From contig OW818675.1 of NCBI GenBank assembly GCA_942493095.1, forward strand, positions 1,770,001-1,802,000: a DNA stretch of 32,000 bases, written 5' to 3'. A program made the position numbers and the translations under genes. Origin of the DNA: Candidatus Electronema halotolerans. GTDB lineage: Bacteria > Desulfobacterota > Desulfobulbia > Desulfobulbales > Desulfobulbaceae. Below, piece after piece: positions 1 through 9,598 of the stretch (position 1 is the first letter of the stretch; each line of letters opens with the position of its first letter). The notes below the pieces were generated by a model. It was not told the DNA's origin and searched no databases. It worked only from the letters and a program-made list of their open reading frames with translations.

Positions 1-1344
1 AAAGCCTTTGCCGCTGCTGGCGTTCTTGATGCCCAAGATATAGACGCAGCAGCCCTGATTCAGTTCTGGTCGTATGGCTACAGTACCGGTGCCCGGACCA
101 TGTACAAGAAGGTGCGCCGGGTTCTGCCGGGCCATTACTTGGTCTGGAAGGATGGCGGCATTTCTCAGCATGAATACTGGGATGTCCGCTTTGGCCTTGA
201 TCCGGCTCCGCAGCGGACAATGGACGATCTGGCCGACGAGCTGGAGAGTCTGCTGACCGATGCGGTGCGCCTGCGCCTGATTGCTGATGTTCCAGTTGGA
301 GTCTTTCTGTCCGGCGGCATTGATTCCAGCCTGATTGCCGCCTTGGCCGCCAAGGTGACGCAGGGCGGCATCCGCTCCTTTTCCATCGGCTTTGCAGAGA
401 AGCAGTTTGATGAAACCCAGTATGCGCAAGCAGTTGCCGAGCATCTGGGCATTGACAACACCCTGCTCCGGGTCGAAGACAATCTTCAGTCTTTCTTCCG
501 GCCCATTGCCCTCCATTTTGATGAGCTGTTCGGTGATTCCTCAGCCATTCCAACGTGGTTTGTCAGTAAGTTGGCCAAAGAGCATGTCACGGTTGCATTG
601 ACAGGAGATGCCGGAGATGAGCTGTTTGCCGGTTATGACAGCTATGCCAAAGCATTGAGCATCTGGGGAACAAAAGAGCAGCGCAGACTCTTCAAAGGCC
701 GGGTCAGCAAGTTCCAGCAGCTTGTTGATTTTCTCCAGCTCCGCTTTGTCCCGAAAGAGCAGCGGCTTTTGGCTCTGGAACGAATCATGCCTGCAATCTT
801 CCTCAAAAAGGTCTTGCAAGAAGGTGTTCTCAACCCAGTCACTATCCAAGATGCTCTCCACGACAGGAAACAGTGGCAGGTGCGGGCTGCTGGAGCCGAC
901 CTGCTCAGTCAGCTCCAATATCTCAATCTAAAGAGCTATCTGCCAGATGATATTCTTGTTAAGGTTGACCGGATGAGCATGGCCCATGCCTTGGAGTGCC
1001 GCAGCCCCTTGCTTGACTACCGGGTTGTGGAGTTTGCCGCCCGACTCTCCTTTGCTCAGAAAATCAGCCCGGAAGGCAAAGGGAAATATCTGCTGCGTCA
1101 TCTCCTACAACGCTATCTGCCAGAGCAACTCATTGATCGGCCCAAGATGGGCTTTTCCGTTCCTTGGTCTGAGTGGTGCAAAGGGCCGCTGGGACAAGAG
1201 ATCAAGGAGCAATGGCGCAGCATGAACACGCCTTGGTTCCGCAGCGAGGCCGCAGACCTGCTCTTTCCTGAACGCAAGCTGGGCTGGCCTGCGCGGCAGT
1301 GGAATGCCTTCTGCATTGTTAACTTTTTTGGCAATCAGTATTGA
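1..1344 (+). CDS. asnB: Asparagine synthase (glutamine-hydrolysing), C-terminal part; truncated by the left edge of the window
   Basis: The frame is open from base 1 and ends at TGA 1342-1344. It contains the asparagine synthetase PP-loop SGGIDSS, plus LTGDAGDELFAGY and HALECRSPLLDYRVVEFAARL motifs. It is preceded by KKVRRVLPGHYLVWKDG. Confidence 0.9.
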   Translation, partial: KAFAAAGVLDAQDIDAAALIQFWSYGYSTGARTMYKKVRRVLPGHYLVWKDGGISQHEYWDVRFGLDPAPQRTMDDLADELESLLTDAVRLRLIADVPVGVFLSGGIDSSLIAALAAKVTQGGIRSFSIGFAEKQFDETQYAQAVAEHLGIDNTLLRVEDNLQSFFRPIALHFDELFGDSSAIPTWFVSKLAKEHVTVALTGDAGDELFAGYDSYAKALSIWGTKEQRRLFKGRVSKFQQLVDFLQLRFVPKEQRLLALERIMPAIFLKKVLQEGVLNPVTIQDALHDRKQWQVRAAGADLLSQLQYLNLKSYLPDDILVKVDRMSMAHALECRSPLLDYRVVEFAARLSFAQKISPEGKGKYLLRHLLQRYLPEQLIDRPKMGFSVPWSEWCKGPLGQEIKEQWRSMNTPWFRSEAADLLFPERKLGWPARQWNAFCIVNFFGNQY

Positions 1345-1375
1345 TCAATATAAATAATTACAAGGTGATTATCGA

Positions 1376-2275
1376 ATGAAGCATGAAATATCAAATGATT
1401 TATGGAATATACTTATATGTAGTTACTGTGGATGTGAAATAGAATCACATGAAAATGGAGCTAAATGCTTTAAATGTAGTACTTATTATCCATGTACCGA
1501 CTATGGATCACTCGATCTTCGTTTAAAAAAGTGTAAAAAATATAGCCTCGAGTTTAACATAGGTAACGATCTGTTTCCAGATAAAAAAAATGATTTTAAA
1601 CCATTGCCTATAAATAAAGATAGTTGGATTGATTTTTCTAAAATCAATTATACAGGAAATCTTCAGAAGGAAATTATAAGTTTTTTTCCGAGACCAAAGA
1701 ATGATAAGAGCAAAATGCTTGACCTTGGTTGTGGTAAAGCTGTTCATAGAGAGATTTGTGAGCATGCAGGTTTTATTTGGACAGGTTTAGATTATTATTC
1801 AGATAACGCCTTAATATTAGCGGATGCTCATTCTCTACCTTTTAAGGATAATTCATTTGAATTTATCTTTTCATATGCAGTGCTTGAGCATATTAGATTT
1901 CCTTTTATAGTTATGCGTGAAGTTCATAGGGTCTTACAGCCTGGTGGAAAATTCATAGGTACAGTTGCATTTCTTGAGCCATTTCATGGCAATAGCTTTT
2001 ACCATCATACTCATTTAGGAATCTTCAATTCATTATCATATTGCGACCTTATTATAGAAAAGATAGCCCCAAGTGAAACATGGTCTGGTCTTACAGCTCA
2101 ATCTATTATGGGGCTTTTTCCAAAAATGCCTCAACCTATATCAAGAGCGATAGTTTTTCCTATCCAATTATTCAGTAAACTTTGGTGGAAAGCGCGTATA
2201 AAAAACAAATCATTTGATATTAGTATTAGAAATAATACAGGTGCATTCACCTTCATCGCAAGCAAGAAAAAATAG
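1376..2275 (+). CDS. Class I SAM-dependent methyltransferase (methyltransf_11-like), AT-rich gene
   Basis: Motif I LDLGCGKAVHREI, then ADAHSLPFKDNSFEFIFSYAVLEHI and EVHRVLQPGGKFI. The N-terminus has CSYCGCEIES and CFKC cysteine pairs. Base composition is visibly AT-rich compared with its neighbours. Confidence 0.8.
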   Translation: MKHEISNDLWNILICSYCGCEIESHENGAKCFKCSTYYPCTDYGSLDLRLKKCKKYSLEFNIGNDLFPDKKNDFKPLPINKDSWIDFSKINYTGNLQKEIISFFPRPKNDKSKMLDLGCGKAVHREICEHAGFIWTGLDYYSDNALILADAHSLPFKDNSFEFIFSYAVLEHIRFPFIVMREVHRVLQPGGKFIGTVAFLEPFHGNSFYHHTHLGIFNSLSYCDLIIEKIAPSETWSGLTAQSIMGLFPKMPQPISRAIVFPIQLFSKLWWKARIKNKSFDISIRNNTGAFTFIASKKK

Positions 2276-2371
2276 CCAAAAAAAGTCCATCCTTGCCCGG
2301 AAGACGGGGTGGCTGGACAGATCAGCTTGTCTTGAAGCAATTCCGAGCAAGGGCAAGTCGCAGTCACAACC

Positions 2372-4129
2372 ATGAAAAAGCTGTTCTGGAAGCTCTGCGC
2401 CTCGTACCTGCTTGCTGCCGGACTGACCTTGGCCATCAGTCTTGTCACGGCTCCGCTGCTCCTGAAGCAGGTTGTCTATGAACAGACAGAGGCGCAGCTT
2501 GCCGCGCAGGCCCGGCTGGTTCGGCACCATCTGGCCACAGTTCCAAGAGTCAGCAAGTCGGAGCTATACCGACTCTGCGCTGTGTTCAGCGAAGAGCTTG
2601 GCAGCCGGATCACCATCATTGCCGCTGCCGGGCAGGTGCTGGCTGATTCAGAAAAAAAGGTGGCGGACATGGACAATCATGGCGACCGCCCGGAAATTGA
2701 GGAGGCGTTGGCAGGACAGGCTGGCATTTCCCTGCGGCTCAGTCACACCCTGAACAAGGAGCTTCTTTATGCGGCAGTGCCGGTGCAGCGGAACGGCAGG
2801 ATTTGGGCCGTGGCGCGGGTCTCGCTGCCAGCCACAGAGATCGAGCAGCGATGGGCTGTCCTGCGCGGCAAACTGCTGACTGCCGCTCTGCCAGCCCTGC
2901 TTGCCGCCGCTCTTGTCAGTCTCCTGCTGGCCTTCCGCATCAACCAGCCTTTGCAGGAAATCGCCCAAGGTGTGCGCTGCTTCACCCAAGGCGAACTGGC
3001 CCATCGGATTCATGTTTCCGGGCCGCCGGAGATCACCAGCTTGGCCGAGTCCTGCAACCGCATGGCGGCCCAGCTTGACGAGCAGACTGTTGCGCTCAGG
3101 AAGCAGCTTGGTCTGCTGGAATCCACCTTCCGCAGCATGACCGAGGCCGTGCTGGTCACAGATCAGGACGGACGGCTGCTGCACTGCAACCAGGCCGCAG
3201 GCCGCTTGTTCGGTTTTGAGCCAGCCGCAGCCGGGCAGCGCGAAATCCAGGAGATCATTCGGCATGCTGATGTGCAGCAGTTTCTGGAGAAAACCTTGCA
3301 GAGCCGCAGCCCGCTTGAGGAAATCATTGCTGTCGGTGCTGGCCGGGAGAAGATTTGCAGCGCGCACGGCTGCCTGCTGCGCAGCGACAACAGACAGCGC
3401 AGTGGCGCGCTCGTGGTCTTTCATGACATCACCCGCCTCAAACGGCTGGAGACCATGCGCCGCGACTTTGCCGCCAATGTTTCCCATGAGTTGAAAACAC
3501 CGATCACCGCGATCAGCGGCTTTGTCGAGACCCTGCGCGACGGTGCCCTGCATGGGCCGGAGGCGGAACGTTTTTTGGAGATCATTGCCCGCAATGTCAA
3601 ACGGCTGCAAGCGATCATTGAAGACCTGCTCGCCTTGGCCCGGCTGGAGCAGGAAGAGCGGCAGGGCCGCATTGCCTTGGTGCGGCGGGATGTCAGGCCA
3701 GTGCTGGAGAATGCGGCGGCCCTCTGCCTCAGGGCGGCAGAGGAGAAGCGCATCGCCTTGGAGCTGATCTGCCCGGACCGGCTCCAAGCAGAGATCAACC
3801 CTGATCTGCTGGAGCAAGCCGTGGTCAATCTTCTGGACAACGCCATCAAATACAGCCAGCCGCAGAGCCGGGTCATCCTTGGGGCGGCACAGGACAAGGA
3901 CGAGCTGCTGCTCACGGTGCAGGATTTTGGCTGCGGCATCAGCAGCGAGCACCACGCCCGCCTTTTTGAACGCTTCTACCGAGTTGACAAGGCCCGGAGC
4001 TGCAAGCTGGGCGGCACCGGGCTGGGGTTGGCCATTGCCAAGCACATTGTCCAAGCCCATCATGGCACGATCAGGGTCGAAAGCGCGCCCGGACGCGGCA
4101 GCACCTTTGCCATCCGCCTGCCCGTCTGA
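2372..4129 (+). CDS. Two-component sensor histidine kinase, PhoR-like (periplasmic sensor, HAMP, PAS, HisKA, HATPase_c)
   Basis: N-terminal TM, HAMP-like region after LLAFRINQPLQEIAQ, and a PAS-like segment MTEAVLVTDQDGRLLHCNQAAG. H-box FAANVSHELKTPITAISGFVETLRDG, N-box NLLDNAIKYS and G-box GGTGLGLAIAKHIVQAHHG are present. Confidence 0.85.
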   Translation: MKKLFWKLCASYLLAAGLTLAISLVTAPLLLKQVVYEQTEAQLAAQARLVRHHLATVPRVSKSELYRLCAVFSEELGSRITIIAAAGQVLADSEKKVADMDNHGDRPEIEEALAGQAGISLRLSHTLNKELLYAAVPVQRNGRIWAVARVSLPATEIEQRWAVLRGKLLTAALPALLAAALVSLLLAFRINQPLQEIAQGVRCFTQGELAHRIHVSGPPEITSLAESCNRMAAQLDEQTVALRKQLGLLESTFRSMTEAVLVTDQDGRLLHCNQAAGRLFGFEPAAAGQREIQEIIRHADVQQFLEKTLQSRSPLEEIIAVGAGREKICSAHGCLLRSDNRQRSGALVVFHDITRLKRLETMRRDFAANVSHELKTPITAISGFVETLRDGALHGPEAERFLEIIARNVKRLQAIIEDLLALARLEQEERQGRIALVRRDVRPVLENAAALCLRAAEEKRIALELICPDRLQAEINPDLLEQAVVNLLDNAIKYSQPQSRVILGAAQDKDELLLTVQDFGCGISSEHHARLFERFYRVDKARSCKLGGTGLGLAIAKHIVQAHHGTIRVESAPGRGSTFAIRLPV

Positions 4130-4264
4130 TCGATGGTGATGGTGAACTGGGAGTGACAGGTTGGAAAATTGAAATTATTTAATCAAGTTAATGATCAATC
4201 ATAGTTCGTCATCACCAACGGCTTGATTTTTTATTGCATCAGCCTCACTGTTTCAAATTTGACT

Positions 4265-5182
4265 ATGAACAAATTAGTTTCCGTCATCATCCCGGCCTAC
4301 AATCACGAGCGGTTCATCGGCCCAGCCATTGAATCTGTTCTCAAGCAGACGCACAGCGATTTGGAGCTGCTTGTCATTGATGACGGCTCCACAGACAAGA
4401 CCGGCGAAATCGCCCAAAACTATGACGATCCCCGCCTGAAATATTATCATCAGGAAAATCAGGATGCCTACAATACGATAAACCGGGGACTGGGGCTGGC
4501 GCAGGGTGAGTATATCGCCATTCTCAACTCGGACGACATCTACACCACAGACCGCTTGGCAAAGCTGCTGGCTATCCAGCAGGAGAGCAATGCCGCCTGT
4601 CTGTTCACTGATGTCATTCCCATCTCGGATGCGGGCGAGGAATTCACTGATCCAAACGTTGGCTGGAACCTCTGGCACAAGAAAAACCGGGACTGGTATT
4701 TCCAATGCAAGGACCTGTACACGGCCTTTCTGAAAGGCAACTTCATGGTCACGACCTCCAATCTCTTCATGACCGCTGAGGCTGTCCAGAAAGTCGGCAA
4801 ATTCTGTTCGCTGCGTTATCTGCACGACTATGACTATATTTTCCGCATGCTGCTGGCCTTTCCCGGTCAGGTGCGGTATCTTGATAATGAGAAGCTGCTC
4901 TATTACCGGATTCACAGCGGCAACACCCTGAGCGAGGCGGCCATCACCGGGCGGCTGCAAGACCTCGAAGTGATCCAAAAATACATGCTGGCCGCCCTGC
5001 CGGAGCAATGGCGCGGCCTTGCCGCTGCGGGCGCCGAGCGGCTGCTGGAGCTGCGCGACGAGCTGGAGCAGGTGCGGGCGGAGCTGGCCGGACAAACTGA
5101 ACCCAGCGTCCGCGAGCGGCTGCAACTGCTGCTGGCGGCAGTGCGCTTCAAGCTGCGGAAAAAATTGACTGGACGGCTCTGA
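4265..5182 (+). CDS. Glycosyltransferase family 2
   Basis: MNKLVSVIIPAYNHERFIGPAIESVLKQTHSDLELLVIDDGSTDKTGEI, then YIAILNSDD. The internal ATG at 4265 is a better start than the ORF-track start at 4223. Confidence 0.85.
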   Translation: MNKLVSVIIPAYNHERFIGPAIESVLKQTHSDLELLVIDDGSTDKTGEIAQNYDDPRLKYYHQENQDAYNTINRGLGLAQGEYIAILNSDDIYTTDRLAKLLAIQQESNAACLFTDVIPISDAGEEFTDPNVGWNLWHKKNRDWYFQCKDLYTAFLKGNFMVTTSNLFMTAEAVQKVGKFCSLRYLHDYDYIFRMLLAFPGQVRYLDNEKLLYYRIHSGNTLSEAAITGRLQDLEVIQKYMLAALPEQWRGLAAAGAERLLELRDELEQVRAELAGQTEPSVRERLQLLLAAVRFKLRKKLTGRL

Positions 5183-5195
5183 GGCAGGAGAAAAA

Positions 5196-6878
5196 ATGAA
5201 CAGAAAAAAACACCTTCGCTATCTGGCCAAGCAGGAATTTGATCTGCTGGTGATTGGCGGCGGCATCAGCGGGGCCTGCATTGCCCATGACGCGGCCCAG
5301 CGCGGCCTGTCTGTGGCCCTGATTGAACGCCGGGACTTTGGCAGCTTCACTTCTGCCGCCTCCTCCAAGCTCCTGCACGGCGGCATCCGCTACCTGCCGC
5401 AGGGCCAAGTCTGGAAGGTGCGCGAATCAGGCTGCGAACAGCGCATTTTTCAGCATTTAGCCCCGCATCTGCTCCACTGGCTGCCCTTTCTCATTCCGAC
5501 TGAGAAAGGCTCTTTCATGAAAGGCGCGTTCGCCCTTAAGCTGGGCATGAAAGTCTGCGGCTTCTGTCATGCCGGGCTGCCAGACGGCCCGCCGCCCGGA
5601 CCGTTTCTTTCCGCTGCCAAGGCACTGGAACTGGCTCCGCAGCTTTCCGGCGTAGAGCGTCTCACTGGGGCGCAGGTCATGTATGAATCGCACATCCACA
5701 GCACCGAACGCATGACCTTGGCCTTTCTCAAAACAGCGGTCAGCAACGGGGCGGCCGTCGCCAATTATGCGGAAGCAGTCTCCTATCATGTTAGGCATGG
5801 CAAAGTGCGCGGTGTGCTTGCCCGCGACACGCTGACTGGCGAGGAATTCACGGTGGCGGCCCGCCTGACAGTCAACTCGGCAGGCCCAGCAGTGCAGGCC
5901 CTCAACCAAGCCGCACCTGCCTTGGAACTGCGCCTGCCCAAAAAGATCACCGGCTTTGCCAAAGGCGTGCATCTGGTAACCAGGCAGGTGCATCCTGAAT
6001 ACGCCTTGGCTTTGACCACCCGGAAAAAAATCGAAGGTTTTGTCACTCGCGGCGGACGGCATTTCTTCATCATCCCGTGGCGCAACCGCTCGCTGATTGG
6101 CACCACCAATGTTCCGTTTCAGGGTGATTTTGATCAGATGCGGGTCACAGAAGAGGAGGTGGCGGAATTTCTTGCTGACATCAACGAGGCACTGCCTGAC
6201 TTGGGCCTGAGCCGTGACGATGTCCGATACGCTTACACCGGCATTTATCCGCTCACTGTCCGCGAGATTGACCCGGAAAAATATCAGGCAGGCGGCGATT
6301 ATCAGCTTGTTGATCACCACCGCACTGACGGATTTCCCGGCCTGATCACCGCGCTGGGAGCAAAATACACCACGGCCCGCTATTTGGCCGAGAAAACGGT
6401 TGATTTGGCCGTGCGCAGGTTGGAATGCGAGACATTTCCCTGCCGCACCGCCACGATTCCGCTGCTGGAAGGCAGCATGGCCAATCTGGCCTCGTTCACT
6501 GCCCGCAAAAATAAGCAGTACAGCAATCTGCTTTCCAAAGAAAGTGTCGCGCATCTGATCCGCTATTACGGCACCGGCATAGACCGGGTCATGGAGCTGG
6601 CTGCCGGGAAGCGGGAACTGCTGCGGCCTCTCTCGCCTGCGGTCAGTGTCTGCGCGGCAGAAGTGCTGTATGCAGTGCGCAAGGAAATGGCCATGACTCT
6701 GGAGGACGTGGTCTTCCGGCGCAGCGGCATGGGTACAGTCGGCTGCCCGGATGAGGCGGCGTTACAGCGAACAATCGCCATCATGGCTGAAGAATTGGAC
6801 TGGACTGCGGCACAGCAGGCTGAGGAAAAACAAAAAGTGCTGTCGCGTTATGACTTTCACCAAGGCAGAGCAGCATGA
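5196..6878 (+). CDS. glpD: FAD-dependent glycerol-3-phosphate dehydrogenase
   Basis: Dinucleotide-binding motif DLLVIGGGISGACIAHDAAQRGLSVALIERRDFGSFTSAASSKLLHGGIRYL, then RSLIGTTNVPF and the GlpD C-terminal domain. RBS-like aggaga upstream. Confidence 0.9.
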   Translation: MNRKKHLRYLAKQEFDLLVIGGGISGACIAHDAAQRGLSVALIERRDFGSFTSAASSKLLHGGIRYLPQGQVWKVRESGCEQRIFQHLAPHLLHWLPFLIPTEKGSFMKGAFALKLGMKVCGFCHAGLPDGPPPGPFLSAAKALELAPQLSGVERLTGAQVMYESHIHSTERMTLAFLKTAVSNGAAVANYAEAVSYHVRHGKVRGVLARDTLTGEEFTVAARLTVNSAGPAVQALNQAAPALELRLPKKITGFAKGVHLVTRQVHPEYALALTTRKKIEGFVTRGGRHFFIIPWRNRSLIGTTNVPFQGDFDQMRVTEEEVAEFLADINEALPDLGLSRDDVRYAYTGIYPLTVREIDPEKYQAGGDYQLVDHHRTDGFPGLITALGAKYTTARYLAEKTVDLAVRRLECETFPCRTATIPLLEGSMANLASFTARKNKQYSNLLSKESVAHLIRYYGTGIDRVMELAAGKRELLRPLSPAVSVCAAEVLYAVRKEMAMTLEDVVFRRSGMGTVGCPDEAALQRTIAIMAEELDWTAAQQAEEKQKVLSRYDFHQGRAA

Positions 6879-8065
6879 GCAGCAGCAAAACTACTGTTGT
6901 TCATATTGCCCCTACCCCGTTTTTCGCTGACCGGGGCTGTCATATTAGAATCCGCAACGAAATTGAGTCGCTCCGTTACAGCCCCTATCGAATCATTCTC
7001 TGCACCTACCATCATGGCAGCCCGGTCAGCGGCATGGACATCCGCCGGATATGGCCAGTGCTGGGCTACACCAAGCTGACCGCAGGCTATTCGCCCTTCC
7101 GTTTCATCGCTGATCTGCTGCTTTTTTTTCTGGTGCTGAAAACAGTCTGGCAGGAGCGGCCCGCCCTGCTCCACGGTCATCTGCACGAAGGCGCACTGAT
7201 CGGCTGGGCGGTGAGCAAGTGCCTGTTCTGGCGCAGGCTGCCAGTGGTCATGGACATGCAGGGCAGTCTGTCTGGTGAGCTGGCCGCTTACAAAGCCTTC
7301 GGCTCCCTGTCTTTTCCTCTGCGCCTGTTCAAGGTGATTGAACGGCTCATAATTCGGATGCCGGACTGCTTTCTCTGCTCCTCCCGCCAGAGCATGAGCT
7401 GCCTGCACGAGGAATTCCACGTCCCTGCCGAGCGCATCCAGCTGCTGGAGGACATGGTCCCGGATTCTTTTTTTGCCCCTGCAACCGGTTCCGGGCAGGA
7501 AGAGCTGATTCCGACGGGCAAATCAGTGATCATCTACACCGGCTCACTGCTGCCGGGCAAGGGCGTGGAGCATCTTCTTCAAGCCATGCAGAGCCTTTGC
7601 GCGGAGCGGGATGACCTCCATTTTGTTTTGGTCGGATATCCCGAAGAAGAGGCCCGGCACTATGCGGCGGCGCATAATTTGGCAGACCGCTGTCTGCTGC
7701 CCGGTCAGATCAGGTATGCGGATTTGGTGAGCTGGCTTGCTCTGGGTGATATTGCTGTGGAACCCAAGGCGGCAGAGGCGGGCGAGGCCAGCGGCAAGCT
7801 GCTCCATTACATGGCTGCCGGACTGCCAGTGGTCTGTTTTGACACCCCAAACAATCGCAGCATGCTGGGCGCGGCTGGCTGCTATGCGCCAAGCCGGGAT
7901 GCGCAGGGGCTTTCCGCCGGAATCAGGGCTTCGCTGGCGGACATGGATGCGGCCCGGCGCAGAGGCAGGGAAGGCCGCAAATTAGTGCGCGAACGCTATT
8001 CCGCTGCCGCAGTTGGCCGAAGCCTTGACCGGTTATATCGTCGGCTTGCTTGCTCCTGCCGATAG
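6875..8065 (+). CDS. Glycosyltransferase family 4 (group 1)
   Basis: GSLLPGKGVEHLLQAM, LALGDIAVEPKAAEAGEASGKLLHYMAAGLPVVCFDTPNNRSMLG. ATGA overlap with the upstream glpD. Confidence 0.85.
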   Translation: MSSSKTTVVHIAPTPFFADRGCHIRIRNEIESLRYSPYRIILCTYHHGSPVSGMDIRRIWPVLGYTKLTAGYSPFRFIADLLLFFLVLKTVWQERPALLHGHLHEGALIGWAVSKCLFWRRLPVVMDMQGSLSGELAAYKAFGSLSFPLRLFKVIERLIIRMPDCFLCSSRQSMSCLHEEFHVPAERIQLLEDMVPDSFFAPATGSGQEELIPTGKSVIIYTGSLLPGKGVEHLLQAMQSLCAERDDLHFVLVGYPEEEARHYAAAHNLADRCLLPGQIRYADLVSWLALGDIAVEPKAAEAGEASGKLLHYMAAGLPVVCFDTPNNRSMLGAAGCYAPSRDAQGLSAGIRASLADMDAARRRGREGRKLVRERYSAAAVGRSLDRLYRRLACSCR

Positions 8066-8118
8066 CTATCTCCGCTCTGCCGCAGTAAAAGATATCAGGT
8101 GAATGGAAGTTCTGCTTC

Positions 8119-8917
8119 TTATTCCCCTGCCATTCTGCCATCGCGCAGCTCAACAATCCGGTGCGCGGTCTTGGCTAATTCCGGGTTATGGGTGACAAGA
8201 ATGATGGTCAGGCCGTCGCGCTGATTGAGTTCCTGCAAGACCTTGCTGATTTCCTCGCTCCGGGCCGAGTTAAGGTTGCCGGTGGGTTCATCGGCCAAGA
8301 GAATCTTCGGCCTGTTGATCAGCGAGCGGGCAATGGCCACCCGCTGCATCTCGCCGCCAGAGAGCTGGCCCGGCAGATGGCTCATCCGCTTTTCCAGTCC
8401 CAGCGATTTGAGCAGCTCAACAGCATAGTCATCCGAACCGGCCTCCTTTTGATAAAAGGTGCAGGGCAGGAGGACATTTTCAAGAACGTTCAGGGTTGGA
8501 ATCAGATAAAATTTCTGGAAGATGTAGCCGAACAGCTCCCGCCGCACCTTGGTCAGCTCCCGCTCGGAAACCGCCTTTGTTGGGATCAAAGATCGCCTGC
8601 ATGAGCATCGGCGTGGTTCTCTCAACCTCCTCATGTGCATCGACCTCTTCTTTGCCCCCTTCTTTCATATAGCGCAGACTGGTGCCGCCGCCCTTGAGCA
8701 TCAACGTGGCGGCCTCATAGGGACAGCCCTTGGCTGTGACCACCACCTGAAAGCCCATGTTGTCGATGTCGCGGTTGAGCGAGGCTTCGTAGCCCTTGTT
8801 GAAGCCCATCAGGCTGGCTAAAACCCAAGCGGACAGGCCCACGCCGATGATGGTCAGCGAGCTTCTGAGCTTTTTGCGGAGCAGATTTTTGTAGCAGACT
8901 TTGTAGATGGTCAGCAT
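8119..8917 (-). pseudogene. Remnant of an ABC exporter locus (MacB/LolCDE type): FtsX-like permease N-terminus joined to an ABC ATPase lacking its Walker A region
   Basis: ORF 8480..8917 (-) starts as a permease (MLTIYKVCYKNLLRKKLRSSLTIIGVGLSAWVLASLMGFNKG...VERTTPMLMQAIFDPNK). ORF 8119..8640 (-) carries only the C-terminal ATPase part (SERELTKVRRELFGYIFQKFYLIPTLNVLENVLLP...[33 protein letters not shown]...). No GxxGxGKS/T is present, and the frames switch near 8570-8590. Confidence 0.8.
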
Positions 8918-9063
8918 TATGCCTCCTTTTTATGCTCTTTCACCATTTTTTGGCTTGCGGCAGGCGGTGAAATATGTTAAAAAAAATTTCTCTATACAAT
9001 AGAACGCAGTGTCAATACAGGCATTTGGCCTCTGATAAAAGCATTTCAGCAAAGGAGAAGAAC

Positions 9064-9561
9064 ATGTTTAGTTTTGCAAAAAAAAACATACAGTTAGGCT
9101 GTATAGCTCTTGTTTTGTTCTGTTCATCCGCTGTCTTTGCTCAACCATTCGGTCTTAACAATGCAAAAAGGCTTATTGAGTACAACGATAAAATGATAGC
9201 ATTTTTTGCTCATCCTACAGTTGATCACATTAGCTGTGAGTTTGATGGTTCAAAAGAAATGTCTTCAGGTTTCAAGGTTCGGTATACTTTCAACTGGAAA
9301 AAAGATAACGGAGAAAGGCATTACAATACTTTCGATTTTTATTTTGATGATAACGCAAAAATTGCCGCCATCGATCCAGTTGATCAATCAAACATCATTC
9401 CTCCTTTTGTTGCGTCTGGATTGATATCAATTGTTGCAGACGGTATTTTTAACGAAATGTTGAAAGATACAGACTACACAAGAAGTCAATTGAAATCAAT
9501 ACTTGAAGATGGCGATTCCAAAGAAATCTTAACAGTGATTCTCAGAGCAAAGCAAAGATGA
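9064..9561 (+). CDS. Hypothetical secreted protein, AT-rich
   Basis: Signal peptide MFSFAKKNIQLGCIALVLFCSSAVFAQPFG. RBS-like aaaggagaagaac before ATG 9064, which is a better start than 8974. No family recognised. Confidence 0.6.
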   Translation: MFSFAKKNIQLGCIALVLFCSSAVFAQPFGLNNAKRLIEYNDKMIAFFAHPTVDHISCEFDGSKEMSSGFKVRYTFNWKKDNGERHYNTFDFYFDDNAKIAAIDPVDQSNIIPPFVASGLISIVADGIFNEMLKDTDYTRSQLKSILEDGDSKEILTVILRAKQR

Positions 9562-9598
9562 CTTTTTTTGTTCCAAACGTTCCTGCGTTGGAACAGGT

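Noticed and set aside
1523-2448. Minus-strand ORFs across the AT-rich methyltransferase (1523..1765, 2131..2448)
   Set aside because: They have no RBS or motif support, and the plus-strand methyltransferase explains the region.
2648-4063. 471-aa minus-strand ORF opposite the PhoR-like kinase
   Set aside because: It is a shadow ORF fully antisense to a well-supported histidine kinase. Its low-complexity, high-Ala/Gly/Gln composition has no domain logic. GC-rich codon bias routinely creates such antisense frames.
4130-4264. Possible hairpin gatggtgatggtgaac / gttcgtcatcaccaac after the PhoR-like gene
   Set aside because: The pairing is imperfect and widely spaced, and no convincing T-tract is correctly placed directly after it. 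It is too weak to call as a terminator or regulatory element.
5457-6554. 365-aa minus-strand ORF opposite glpD
   Set aside because: It is antisense to a clear glpD gene with no recognisable protein motifs.
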